Assembly (NCBI GenBank): GCA_965207375.1
Contig: OZ242274.1
Location: 800,001-864,000 of the forward strand
DNA from: Nitrosopumilaceae archaeon
GTDB taxonomy: Archaea; Thermoproteota; Nitrososphaeria; Nitrososphaerales; Nitrosopumilaceae
Length of the DNA stretch: 64,000 bases
Direction: 5' to 3'
Shown here piece after piece: positions 38,713 through 49,116 of the stretch. The notes beneath the pieces are model-generated. The model did no database searches. It saw only the letters and a list, made by a program, of their open reading frames with translations, and was not told where the DNA came from. The position numbers and the translations under genes were made by a program. How positions within the stretch are numbered: the stretch's first letter is position 1; every line of letters starts with the position of its first letter.

Positions 38713-39747
38713 ATGCAGCGAAACAGGATGTATGTGGCAATCTCATCGATGGCACTAGTTACCGTCCTGTATTTTGTAATGCCTACAATTATAGAGGCCG
38801 AGTCGCCTGCAAAGACATTTGTCACTCATTCAGGCGGCATAATTACCACCTCTGGCCAAGTATTAGATCCGTTGTATACCAGATCTACTGTTGAATTTGA
38901 TCCCATGGAATTTTTACGTGAATTCAGCTATGGACGTGTATCTAAACTAGATGATACAACACTACGTGAATATACTATTGTTGCCAAAGATGATAAAATA
39001 ATGGAGGTAGCTCCGGGCGTATTTTATAATGTGTGGACCTTTAATGGAACAGTTCCGGGACCCACAATACGTGCCACCGAAGGTGATTTGGTCAGAATAC
39101 ATTTTATTAATAACGGCTCCAAGGCGCACACCATGCATTTTCATGGAATACATCCGGCTGAAATGGACGGTGTTTTTGAAATTGTCGGCTCTGGAGGTAG
39201 GTTCACATATGAATTTGAGGCAGGACCTGTAGGAGTTCATCCGTATCACTGCCATGTGATGCCGCTTGAGGAACACATTGTACGCGGTCTGTACGGAGTC
39301 TACATTGTAGATCCAAAACAGGGCCGTCCTGTAGCCGATGAAATGGTGATGGTTCTAAATAGTTTGGACACTGATTTTGACACTGAAAATAATTTTTATG
39401 CTGCAAACACAATTCCGTTTTACTATCAACATCATCCAATTGAAATCAGTACCGATGAATTGATTCGAATTTATGTTGTAAACATGGTCGAGTTTGATCC
39501 CATCAATAACTTTCATCTGCATGGAAATCTGTACCATTACTATCCTACAGGTACAGATACTGTTCCCTCCACCTTTACTGATATGATTACATTGTCTCAA
39601 ACCGAGCGAGGAATAATGGAATTTGAATACGATTTTCCAGGAAAATATCTCTTTCATGCGCACAAGGTAGAGTTTTCTGAAAAGGGATGGGTGGGCCTAT
39701 TTTTAGCTAAAGAAAAAACACAGTTGACATTACAAGATGGAAAATAA
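38713..39747 (+). CDS. Two-domain multicopper oxidase
   Basis: FNGTVPGP, HFHG, YHCH...H...L, HLHG, HAH; N-terminal signal or anchor. Confidence 0.9.
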   Translation: MQRNRMYVAISSMALVTVLYFVMPTIIEAESPAKTFVTHSGGIITTSGQVLDPLYTRSTVEFDPMEFLREFSYGRVSKLDDTTLREYTIVAKDDKIMEVAPGVFYNVWTFNGTVPGPTIRATEGDLVRIHFINNGSKAHTMHFHGIHPAEMDGVFEIVGSGGRFTYEFEAGPVGVHPYHCHVMPLEEHIVRGLYGVYIVDPKQGRPVADEMVMVLNSLDTDFDTENNFYAANTIPFYYQHHPIEISTDELIRIYVVNMVEFDPINNFHLHGNLYHYYPTGTDTVPSTFTDMITLSQTERGIMEFEYDFPGKYLFHAHKVEFSEKGWVGLFLAKEKTQLTLQDGK

Positions 39748-39755
39748 CACCGGAA

Positions 39756-40919
39756 TTGTCTGAATCCTCTAAAACAAAATTAATTGCAAGCGGCATCATT
39801 CCATTTGTATTTGTTATTTTGATGGTGGCATATATCTTCGGCCCAGGCTCTGATCTGCTTGATTTAGGAGTTGCGCTTCCTGAAATTACCATTGAAAAGA
39901 TTGATTTTGTAGATTCTGAGATACGTGCCACCATTAGAAATACCGGACCTGTTCCAGTCGATGTCGTAATGGCCGATATCAATGACAGGATTCAGCCTGC
40001 TGCCATAGAACCTGACACACATTTGCAGCGATACGAGTCTGCAATTGTTCGAATACCATTTGAATGGAATGAATCCGAACCATATACGGTTGGACTTACC
40101 ATACATGACGGAACCAGATTTGAAAGATCGGTACAGTCTGCTGCTTATGCACTAGAGCCTACCTCGGAGCTTGTTGGCTTTTTTGCAGTCATTGGAACCT
40201 TTGTTGGAATAATACCTGTAATGATTGGTCTGCTCTGGCTGCCTTTTATTAAAAGAATCAGCAAAGACAAGTATAGTTTTTTTCTGGCATTGACTGTAGG
40301 ACTGTTGCTCTTTTTGGGAATTGATGCAATAGAGGAGGCAGTAGAAATTTCCAAAGAAAACCTTGCAGACAGCTTCAACGGTGTACTGTTGATATCTACT
40401 GTTGTGATACTGGCGTTTTTAGGATTGTATTATTCTGGCAAGCGGCTAGTTGAAAAAGCAGGGTCATCAAAGCTTGCAAGTCCTATGGCAGTTGCCCTGA
40501 TGATATCTGTGGGTATTGGACTGCACAATTTTGGCGAGGGCCTAGCTATAGGAGCTGCCTTGGGGCTAGGTTCTATTGCGTTTAGTACGTTTTTGATTGT
40601 AGGATTTGCATTACACAACACCACAGAAGGAATTGCAATAGCAGCTGCTGCCTCTCGCAGCCGTGTCAACTATGCAAAACTTGCAGCATTAGGCATGATT
40701 GCAGGTGCGCCTGCCATTTTTGGCGCATGGCTTGGAGGTTTTGCATATTCTCCGTTTACGTCTGTAATCTTTCTCTCAGTTGGTGCAGGCGCAATATTTC
40801 AAATAATTGTAGTGCTTTTCAAATGGCTGCAAGAGGACAGGAATCTTTCTAGTACATATGTGGCATCTGGCTTTGCAATTGGAATGATTGTGATGTATCT
40901 TACTAGCATTCTAGTCTAG
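39756..40919 (+). CDS. ZIP-family metal transporter with extracellular domain
   Basis: IGLHNFGEGLAIG and LHNTTEG motifs. Confidence 0.9.
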   Translation: MSESSKTKLIASGIIPFVFVILMVAYIFGPGSDLLDLGVALPEITIEKIDFVDSEIRATIRNTGPVPVDVVMADINDRIQPAAIEPDTHLQRYESAIVRIPFEWNESEPYTVGLTIHDGTRFERSVQSAAYALEPTSELVGFFAVIGTFVGIIPVMIGLLWLPFIKRISKDKYSFFLALTVGLLLFLGIDAIEEAVEISKENLADSFNGVLLISTVVILAFLGLYYSGKRLVEKAGSSKLASPMAVALMISVGIGLHNFGEGLAIGAALGLGSIAFSTFLIVGFALHNTTEGIAIAAAASRSRVNYAKLAALGMIAGAPAIFGAWLGGFAYSPFTSVIFLSVGAGAIFQIIVVLFKWLQEDRNLSSTYVASGFAIGMIVMYLTSILV

Positions 40920-40923
40920 ATTC

Positions 40924-42282
40924 TCATATGGGCTCAGAATGAATGGTAATTACTGCATTTTTGAATTGAGATTTTATCTTTATTTCAATCTCTGAGGCAA
41001 TGTCGTGTACCTTTTTTATTGACAGGCTGCCATCAAAGGAGCAATCTATCTCAATCTTTAAAATACTTTTAAAATTTAGGACAACAATTCTGGTTACATC
41101 TTTTATCTCAGAATACTCTTTTAGCAAACTGCGTATTTTTTCCTCCGTATTTTGACTGTCTGTGTGAAAAACCCGTGGAATCTCAACATGGGGTTCCAAA
41201 TGGATGGTTATGTGGTCAACCTCACTTAGTTGGTCTTGTATGCTGTGTTCTACTCTGTCTGCAATTACATGTGCTGCTACCAGATCTATGTCTGCCTCAA
41301 CCATTATGTGCAAATTTACAAAAATCTTTGATTCAGATGTATAGAGGTTGATATTGTGTACGTCTTTTACTCCTCTTACCTTTAATGCAATTTCTTTGAT
41401 TTTTGATTCTTTTGGTACATCCTTCCAATTGGGTTCAAAATGTACGGTAACTGATGCATGGGAAATCTCGTCTTTGATATTGTTTTCCACATTGGTGCTG
41501 ATTTCATGCGCTTTGTCAAAACTAACATCTGCTCTTAACAGAATTGTAGTTTCTGTAAAAATTACATCACCTGACCTTCTCATAAGTACAGACTTTACAT
41601 CCATTACACCTGTTGTGTTTTTTACAATTGTCTTTGTTTTGTTTACCAAATCAGGAGAGATGACATCTGTCAAATCCATTGCCGTCTTGTAAATTAATTT
41701 TATACTTAGAACAGCCAACAGTGCCCCTAGAACCAGTGCAGCAATGAAATCTCCTTGGAAGAATCCAAATGAGGCCAAAACAACTCCACCTATTGCCAAA
41801 AATGTCGAGCCCAAATCCATCAATGCATGATAAAAGTCCGCCTTTAGCGTTGTTCCTCCCATCTTCTTTATGGATTTTCTCAACAGTGCAATTCTGAAAA
41901 TATCTATTCCTATGGTGTAAGCTCCACCAATAATTGCAAATGTACCTAGTATGATTTCAGGTTCAGGATTCTGCAATCTGTTTATTGCCTCATAAATGAA
42001 AAATCCTGCTATGAACAAAATGGCTATTCCGCCAAACAATCCTCCAAGAGATTCAATTTTTCCGTGACCGTAGGTGTGTTCTGCATCAGGAGGCCTCATG
42101 GCCATTTTTGCTGCAAGCAACAGCACTATGGTAACAATGCTGTCTAAAAGTGCGTGAATGCTGTCAGTTACTAGCCCTAGGCTATTTGACCAAAGCCCAA
42201 ATACAAGCTCAACTACAAATGCTGAAAAAATTGCCACTAGTGAAATCTGTAAAACCTTTACTCTGTGGACAAATAGGCTCAA
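40924..42282 (-). CDS. Cation diffusion facilitator with three tandem C-terminal domains
   Basis: DSIHALLD, HTYGHGKIE, DFYHALMD; three ITxHxEP-ending modules. Confidence 0.9.
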   Translation of the reverse strand: MSLFVHRVKVLQISLVAIFSAFVVELVFGLWSNSLGLVTDSIHALLDSIVTIVLLLAAKMAMRPPDAEHTYGHGKIESLGGLFGGIAILFIAGFFIYEAINRLQNPEPEIILGTFAIIGGAYTIGIDIFRIALLRKSIKKMGGTTLKADFYHALMDLGSTFLAIGGVVLASFGFFQGDFIAALVLGALLAVLSIKLIYKTAMDLTDVISPDLVNKTKTIVKNTTGVMDVKSVLMRRSGDVIFTETTILLRADVSFDKAHEISTNVENNIKDEISHASVTVHFEPNWKDVPKESKIKEIALKVRGVKDVHNINLYTSESKIFVNLHIMVEADIDLVAAHVIADRVEHSIQDQLSEVDHITIHLEPHVEIPRVFHTDSQNTEEKIRSLLKEYSEIKDVTRIVVLNFKSILKIEIDCSFDGSLSIKKVHDIASEIEIKIKSQFKNAVITIHSEPI

Positions 42283-42585
42283 TTACCTCATACAAGGCCT
42301 GATTGCTCCATTTAACATTATTTGAGGGCTGACTTGTTATTTGCATGTTTTTGTATGTCTGGTACCTCGAGAAACTGTAGTTATAGTCTGAATCTTTGAC
42401 CATTTGACAAAATTTCCACGAGATCTAGTTTTTGTTGACTTGTGCAAACCTGATTTTAGCAAGTTTTATTCTGTCCGAATCTGCTGTAATTTTAATCAAA
42501 AAATGTACACTTTTAATATCATCAAGTCAATTTTTGTTTCATTGAATACATAAATACCCATGAATAATCATAAAACTCAGGCGCT

Positions 42586-43638
42586 ATGAAGATTAACACA
42601 CATTTAATGATAGCTTTATTGGCAGTTGGAATTCTATCTTATGGAATTTCTGCATCTTATGCACAGAACAATCCATGTGATGATGACTATGTTATGCAAA
42701 ACAACGAATGTGTTCCTGCATTTGATGATACACGTAACAGCAAAAACTTACAAATTGACACTGATAGTACTATTTATGTTGATGGCAATACCGTCCGCGT
42801 TAACGGTACTGTAAATATATCTGGTGACTTTGTAAATGCAGTAACCTTGATAGTCAAAAATCCTAGTGGCGGTATTGCAGGAGTCGCACAAATAATTCCA
42901 AATTCTGATGGCTCCTTTAAACACTCATTTCTAGCATCGGGTCCAATTTGGAAAAGTGACGGCACTTATTCAATTATGGCAAAGTATGGCTCTGATAGCT
43001 CTTCTGCGGACTTTTCCTTTGGCGGAAGCAAAGAACGTCCACCTATAACACCACCTGAACCAATAGAAGATAAGGATCCACCACCCCCACCACCTCCTCC
43101 AAAAGATGATGCTGATGATATAATAGAACCTGAACCAGTAGAAGTTGTGCCACCACAACCTGAATGTGGTCCCGGTACTGAGGCAGATGCTGACGGCATA
43201 TGTCAAATCATAAAGGAGGATCCACCAAAAGAGACACCTACTGATGATAGAAACAACAGCTGCCTGATTGCAACTGCAGCATATGGCACGGAGCTAGCCC
43301 CACAAGTTCAGCTCTTGCGAGAGATTAGAGATAACACGTTGTACAGTACAGAATCTGGAAGCTCCTTTATGGGAACCTTTAACCAAGTTTACTATTCATT
43401 CTCACCTGCCGTGGCTGACCTAGAAAGACAAAGCCCAATATTCAAGGCAGCAGTCCAGGCCGTAATCACTCCGATGATCTCCACACTTGGCATTATGACA
43501 TTGGCAGATCAAGGTTCAGAGGCACAGGTATTGGGATACGGAATCTCTGTAATTGCTCTGAACTTGGGAATGTATATTGCAGCCCCAATTGGCGCAGTCT
43601 TTACTGTTAGAAAATATTTCAAATCCAGACAACTCTAA
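42586..43638 (+). CDS. CFI-box-CTERM surface protein
   Basis: Signal peptide, Pro-rich linker, CLIATAAYGTELAPQVQLLREIRD, C-terminal TM. Confidence 0.9.
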   Translation: MKINTHLMIALLAVGILSYGISASYAQNNPCDDDYVMQNNECVPAFDDTRNSKNLQIDTDSTIYVDGNTVRVNGTVNISGDFVNAVTLIVKNPSGGIAGVAQIIPNSDGSFKHSFLASGPIWKSDGTYSIMAKYGSDSSSADFSFGGSKERPPITPPEPIEDKDPPPPPPPPKDDADDIIEPEPVEVVPPQPECGPGTEADADGICQIIKEDPPKETPTDDRNNSCLIATAAYGTELAPQVQLLREIRDNTLYSTESGSSFMGTFNQVYYSFSPAVADLERQSPIFKAAVQAVITPMISTLGIMTLADQGSEAQVLGYGISVIALNLGMYIAAPIGAVFTVRKYFKSRQL

Positions 43639-43670
43639 GTTATTATACTGTTGTCTAGTCCTGTATTCTG

Positions 43671-43991
43671 ATGAATATTGAATATGAAGAGTTTGACAGT
43701 ATCGAGGATCTCTTCTTGTATCTTTCGGCTGCTGCACCTCCGATGAAAAATACAATGCCGATAAATTCCTACAAAGGTAATGTCATGTCCTTTATTCCGC
43801 TGAGTCCTTCAGGTGAAAACTATCTGATGATCTTTGCCAAGGGAGCCCTAGATTCTGGAATCTATGAGTTTGACGTAAATTCAAAGTCATACAAAAAAGT
43901 AGAGGCAATAGAACGGGCTGACAAAAATTACTTTGTGTCCATTACTCCTAAAAGAAATACAATTGCAGACGCTGCCTTGGCCAATCTATAA
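43671..43991 (+). CDS. Hypothetical protein
   Basis: Clean ORF filling the gap between neighbours. Confidence 0.75.
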   Translation: MNIEYEEFDSIEDLFLYLSAAAPPMKNTMPINSYKGNVMSFIPLSPSGENYLMIFAKGALDSGIYEFDVNSKSYKKVEAIERADKNYFVSITPKRNTIADAALANL

Positions 43992-45569
43992 TTTTTTTGT
44001 CTCTATTTTTGGAGCAGAAACCGATCTGCTTCTTGCGTATTTTTCCATAATCTCATCTGGAGTCCTTCCATTGAATAGATCCTTACACAATCCTCTCAGA
44101 TACCTCATGATTGCCCACGTGCCTGCCTTGATAATACCGTACATGAACACCTTCATTGGGGGACCATAGGTCTTGTTTCTGAGTATGATTGGAATAATAT
44201 CGTTGATTACTCGCAGATTGTTTTCCCAACACTTCCAAAACAGTGTAAATTGTGCCTCATTTAGATTCCCAAAATGCATAGAGTTTTTTTCACTAAAGTC
44301 TTGATACAGTAACGGTGCTACTAGGCCCCTAAAGTCCATCGCCCTAAAGTCTGCCATCATGTCAATTGTATGCTGTACGTCTTCTGGCGTTTCATCAGGC
44401 CAGCCGATAATGATGGTTGCAGCAGGAAACCAATGATTTTCATTTAGTATCTTTGCCCCTTCTCTGACTACGCTTCCCCATTCTTCGGGTGCAAATGGCC
44501 TTGTTTTGACTCCCAAGTGCTTTTTGACCATTTTAGGTGCCACCGTTTCTATTCCCAGGTTGGTTGCAAGCCATCTGCCTGTTTCGTCTTGTTTGTTGAT
44601 GGTTGAAATGTTGTGCATCAGTTCTGGGTCTGCTGCCACTGCTGAAAAAGTCATATGTGTGGTTCCAACAAAGTTTGCGCCAAGTCCCTTCAAATTGCCC
44701 CAAAGATCTGTAATTGCATCCCTGTTTGGAATAAAGTCCCTGTTGTCACATCCGTAAAGCAACATTTCATCTGAATGCAGCCATATTGAATCAAATCCAT
44801 AATCTAGATTGATTTTTGCCTCCCTCTGAAGCCTGTCAACTGGCAAATCCTTTTTTGATCTCTTGTTTACATCGCAAAAGTCACACCCTCTTCCGCATCC
44901 TCTCATCGCTTCAATTAGCGAATTCACAGTGGGACCCTCAATTTCTGGAATGTTTTGAATATTTTTAACAAAGCAGTGCATCAGTTCTGGGGCATCGCCT
45001 TTTTCCAAGTCATGGAACAAATCTAGTGCAAGCTCATCTGCCTCACCCACTACTACAGTATCAATTCCGTGAATCTTCATTCTGTCTGTTTTTGCAAGCT
45101 CCCAAGCTCCGTTGCCCCCAACTACCACATGAAAGTCGTGCTTTTTCTTTAATTGAATTATCTTGGCACACATGCGTTTGAATTTCATTGCAACATAGGA
45201 TAGTTTTTCAGGAGACATTGTAGTAGTTACAGGTGCCATGCCTAGTGGATCCATTACGTTGATTCCTACCACCTTGGTATCTGCGCCGATTGATTTTTCT
45301 AACATGTCTGGATTTGCCATAAATACTTCGTCTCTAGAATATCCTTGGAGCAATGCGCTTTCTATGCGCCGCAGTCCTACCTGGGCCACCTTTACCTGAC
45401 CTGTGATCGGATCGGTCTCTACTGCAGGACAAAAAACCTTGTCAAAGACCCATTCTGGTAGAACCTCGTATGGACCACAGGCAATGAATCCGTAAAGGAA
45501 ATTTCCCCTATAATTTGTCATTAAACTTCTATCTGCTGTAAGTACTATTCTTTTACCAGACAATCTCAA
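43986..45569 (-). CDS. B12-binding radical SAM protein, GDGT ring synthase (GrsA/B)-like
   Basis: IVLTADRSLMTNY..GF..C.P N-terminus, VVGGNGAW, GEAD, RGCGRGCDFC motifs. Confidence 0.7.
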   Translation of the reverse strand: MRLSGKRIVLTADRSLMTNYRGNFLYGFIACGPYEVLPEWVFDKVFCPAVETDPITGQVKVAQVGLRRIESALLQGYSRDEVFMANPDMLEKSIGADTKVVGINVMDPLGMAPVTTTMSPEKLSYVAMKFKRMCAKIIQLKKKHDFHVVVGGNGAWELAKTDRMKIHGIDTVVVGEADELALDLFHDLEKGDAPELMHCFVKNIQNIPEIEGPTVNSLIEAMRGCGRGCDFCDVNKRSKKDLPVDRLQREAKINLDYGFDSIWLHSDEMLLYGCDNRDFIPNRDAITDLWGNLKGLGANFVGTTHMTFSAVAADPELMHNISTINKQDETGRWLATNLGIETVAPKMVKKHLGVKTRPFAPEEWGSVVREGAKILNENHWFPAATIIIGWPDETPEDVQHTIDMMADFRAMDFRGLVAPLLYQDFSEKNSMHFGNLNEAQFTLFWKCWENNLRVINDIIPIILRNKTYGPPMKVFMYGIIKAGTWAIMRYLRGLCKDLFNGRTPDEIMEKYARSRSVSAPKIETKKL

Positions 45570-45844
45570 TCTGATGCTTGCCGTATGGTATATATCATTT
45601 ACGAGATCCGTCTTGGCAAGCTGCTATATTCTTAATACAATTTTCAGTATATCTTGGATGTTCATGCAGGTACAGCATTGTCTTGATTAAATTATGACTG
45701 CAACTTTTTGCTCATTGATACAATTAATATCATCTGGTTTTTGATATTTGGTAATTCTAGTCTGATTTTGAGTGTGCATGATTTTGTATGCAAGTCGATA
45801 TGTCACCAATTATCTTCTGTATCGCGTTGATTTTCAAATGTGAT

Positions 45845-46114
45845 TTATTGCTTGATCTTTGATTGGTAGATTAACAGTACTCCCACTCCAATTATTGCAT
45901 ACAGGAGCAGTGATAAACCAGTATTGTGAAGACACCAATCATACTCAGATAGCGAGCCTCCAAACACTTCAAGGAAATGTTCCGAACGCAGGTGACACTG
46001 AATCGTAAACTCGTGAACCGTCTGAAACCTATCTGGATTGTACGGCCGCAAAGAAAATATCGTTCCAACTATAATAGATATTGTCCCTACCAAAAATATT
46101 TTTTTGTGTTTCAT
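45845..46114 (-). CDS. Small two-TM membrane protein
   Basis: Two hydrophobic ends and a Cys pair in the loop. Confidence 0.6.
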   Translation of the reverse strand: MKHKKIFLVGTISIIVGTIFSLRPYNPDRFQTVHEFTIQCHLRSEHFLEVFGGSLSEYDWCLHNTGLSLLLYAIIGVGVLLIYQSKIKQ

Positions 46115-46130
46115 GTCAAAATCAAAAAAA

Positions 46131-46859
46131 TCATATGATGTTAGTTACAGAGTACTGAATAGAGTATTTCCAAGAATTTTTTGGATTATTGAATGATTGC
46201 CCAATTCCCGCATTATGTTGTGCATCATGGAAAAATGAGGTGCCATCACTATCTGTAACTGTCTGTTTTGTCGTAGAACCTTGCTTTAATTTAGATACAA
46301 AATTAAAGTCCACATGTAAACCTGAGCCTGTAACCTTGTAGAAGCCTTCACTCCAAGCGTGATTCGCTACAAGTGATATATTTCGTATTCCGGTTTGATT
46401 TTCACCCAACTGAACTCCATTATCATTCCATTCCCAACAAGTTAAAATCCACCAACAGTCATGTGCATATCCTGTATAGAAATAAGGATTTGCTACAGCA
46501 TATGCAGAAGGTATGAAATCACCTTCATCCACCATTGTATTTTCTTGACCTATGTGCTTAGCTGATACCTTTGCCCAATATGCTTTATCTTGTTGATATT
46601 TTTCAGTATATGTGATACCAAATTCCTCAAGTTGACTCACTAGTACATCCATTTGTTTTTTCAAACCCTGTTTTGTTTTTAAATTATCTTCATCGATCCA
46701 TTTGAAATATTTTTTCTCAAAAGTACTACCTAATTTGTCAATTTTAGTTTTGTCAGGTTGATCATTTGTTGTAGCGTCTATATTTATTATTGAAAATGAA
46801 AGCACCATTGAAACAATCAAAAAAACAAATAGTACAGTTTTTGCACCATTGACAATCAT
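46131..46859 (-). CDS. Secreted hypothetical protein, AT-rich
   Basis: Signal peptide; helical N-terminal region then beta-rich C-terminal domain. Confidence 0.75.
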   Translation of the reverse strand: MIVNGAKTVLFVFLIVSMVLSFSIINIDATTNDQPDKTKIDKLGSTFEKKYFKWIDEDNLKTKQGLKKQMDVLVSQLEEFGITYTEKYQQDKAYWAKVSAKHIGQENTMVDEGDFIPSAYAVANPYFYTGYAHDCWWILTCWEWNDNGVQLGENQTGIRNISLVANHAWSEGFYKVTGSGLHVDFNFVSKLKQGSTTKQTVTDSDGTSFFHDAQHNAGIGQSFNNPKNSWKYSIQYSVTNII

Positions 46860-47060
46860 TACATTCCCTAACCTTGATAGTTATATAAGAAAATATATCT
46901 AATTACGGCATGCTTCACTGATATAACACATACTAGAAACTTGATTCACAGTGAGCCTAGATGCAAATTCTAGATCAATCTGCACATAATTTGCCTTTTG
47001 CAGATATTTGGATAGCATATCTGTCTTGATTATTAGCAGATATTTTCAAAGCATCAAAAA

Positions 47061-47837
47061 TTATTTTGAATTTTGGCTTGCTCTGTTTGCAATGTTTGCT
47101 GCAATGGCACCTGCTGCAACTCCGTTATCAATATTTACTACTGACAATCCAAGCGAACAGCTTTGTAACATTGATGCTAGTGCTGCTATTCCCTTTTTGC
47201 CGTATCCGTATCCTACCGAGGTTGGAACCCCTATCACCGGAATATTTACCAAAGATGCCACAACTGTGGCTAGGGCCCCTTCCATGCCTGCCACTACAAC
47301 TATGGCATCTGCGTCATTTTTGACAAACTCCTTGAGAACCGGCATAACTCTGTGGATTCCTGCCACTCCAACATCATAGCTTGTAATGCATTTACAGTTC
47401 ATCGCCTCTGCTACAAGTCTTGCCTCCTCTGCCACTCCAACATCGGAGGTGCCTGCCGTAAGAACTCCTACTGTACCGCCTGATTTTTTGACCATTTTTT
47501 TGTAGACTGTAATTGTAGAACAATTTCTTCCCTGCTTGATGTTATAGTCTAGTTTGGTTACAAACTCTATGATTTTTTTCTTGTGCTCTTTTTTGATTCG
47601 AGACACTAGTATTACGTTTGATTTTTTCATTACCTTTTGTATGATTTTTTTGATTTCTGCAAGCTGTTTTGTCTCTGCAAAAATTACCTCAGGTACGCCC
47701 CTTCTTTTTCTTCGGTCCGAGTCTATTTTTGCAAAATTTTCTATTTTTTCAATAGAGTACAGTGACAACAATTTTTTTGCCTCACTGACTTTTATCTTAC
47801 CTGATTCCAATGATGACAGTATCTCGTCTAATTCCAC
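47061..47837 (-). CDS. larB: Nickel-pincer cofactor biosynthesis protein LarB
   Basis: GVPEVIF, AGTSD..VAEEA, DVGVAGIHR, AGMEGAL, VPTSVGYG, VNIDNG motifs. Confidence 0.92.
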   Translation of the reverse strand: MELDEILSSLESGKIKVSEAKKLLSLYSIEKIENFAKIDSDRRKRRGVPEVIFAETKQLAEIKKIIQKVMKKSNVILVSRIKKEHKKKIIEFVTKLDYNIKQGRNCSTITVYKKMVKKSGGTVGVLTAGTSDVGVAEEARLVAEAMNCKCITSYDVGVAGIHRVMPVLKEFVKNDADAIVVVAGMEGALATVVASLVNIPVIGVPTSVGYGYGKKGIAALASMLQSCSLGLSVVNIDNGVAAGAIAANIANRASQNSK

Positions 47838-47871
47838 AACTCTTTTTGATAATAATTTTTATAAAAATCTA

Positions 47872-48786
47872 TTATATTTCTACCTGTGAAATTGCATCCT
47901 TTACGTTTGCAACTGCTGCATCAAAGAGCTGTTTTTCTGCCTCATTGAAATCTAGTTCGATGATCTTTTCTACGCCGTTTTTGCCAATCACTGCAGGAAC
48001 CCCTATTGTAACGTCTGAATGTCCGTATTCGCCATCAAGATATGTCGAAATTGGAATCACCTGTTTTTGATCCCTAACTATTGATTCAATCATTGCTGAA
48101 ATGGCGTTTCCTGGAGCGTGAACCGTTGCACCCTTTAATTCTATAACCTTGGCTGCAACTCCCTTTGTATTTTGCACAATTTCATCTATTTTTTCTTTTT
48201 CCAACATTGATGTTAACGGAATTCCAGATACTGATGAGAATCTTGGCAACGGCATCATGTTTTCTCCATGCTCTCCTACAACTAGTGCCCTTATAGAGTC
48301 ACGAGAATGGCCGGTTGCCTCGTGGATGAACTGTCTGAATCTTGAAAGGTCTAGCATTCCTCCCATCCCAAATACTCTATTTCTTTGAAAACCTGATACC
48401 TTGTAGGTAATGTATGCCATCGGGTCCAGAGGATTTGTTACCGGAATAATCATTGAATCATTTGCATAGGTCTTGATGTTTTGCACCACACTCTTTACTA
48501 TACCTGCATTGATTTTTAGCAGATCCATTCTCGTCATTCCAGGCTTTCTACCAGAGCCTGCTACAACCACTACGATATCTGAACCCTTCATTTCTGAATA
48601 GTCATTTGAGCCTTTGACATTGACATCGATTCCTAATTCGGACAAGGCATGATTGATATCCATCGCCTCGCCCTGTGGCAGTCCCTCTGCAATATCTAAA
48701 AGCAAAATTTGGTCGTCTAGTTTTTTCAATGCACAAAACAGTGCCGCATCTCCTCCAACCTTGCCGGAGCCTATTATTGTAATCAT
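47872..48786 (-). CDS. mdh: Malate dehydrogenase (LDH-like)
   Basis: [33 protein letters not shown] motifs. Confidence 0.93.
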   Translation of the reverse strand: MITIIGSGKVGGDAALFCALKKLDDQILLLDIAEGLPQGEAMDINHALSELGIDVNVKGSNDYSEMKGSDIVVVVAGSGRKPGMTRMDLLKINAGIVKSVVQNIKTYANDSMIIPVTNPLDPMAYITYKVSGFQRNRVFGMGGMLDLSRFRQFIHEATGHSRDSIRALVVGEHGENMMPLPRFSSVSGIPLTSMLEKEKIDEIVQNTKGVAAKVIELKGATVHAPGNAISAMIESIVRDQKQVIPISTYLDGEYGHSDVTIGVPAVIGKNGVEKIIELDFNEAEKQLFDAAVANVKDAISQVEI

Positions 48787-49116
48787 GAATCGACTGTAAT
48801 TTCTCAATAATTAAATCTAGTGACCTGATGCGTGATATTTGGAAGCATCCTAGTTTTACTCTTGGAATTTTAGACCTGTTTTGATCAACTGATCAAAGCA
48901 GCTAGAGTTTTTTTCACGCTAATTGATATATCCAATGCCTCTGGGAATTTCTCGTAATTTGATTTTTAAAAATTCAATATTTGGTTTAGGCTTGTTTGTT
49001 TACTAGACATCTCAAGCCTGCAACAAAATCTGTCAAACTAAAACAGATATCACATGTTAACCTGTTTTTGACAAAAATCTAGTCTAAAATACCGCAATCT
49101 GAATCATGCAAAATAT

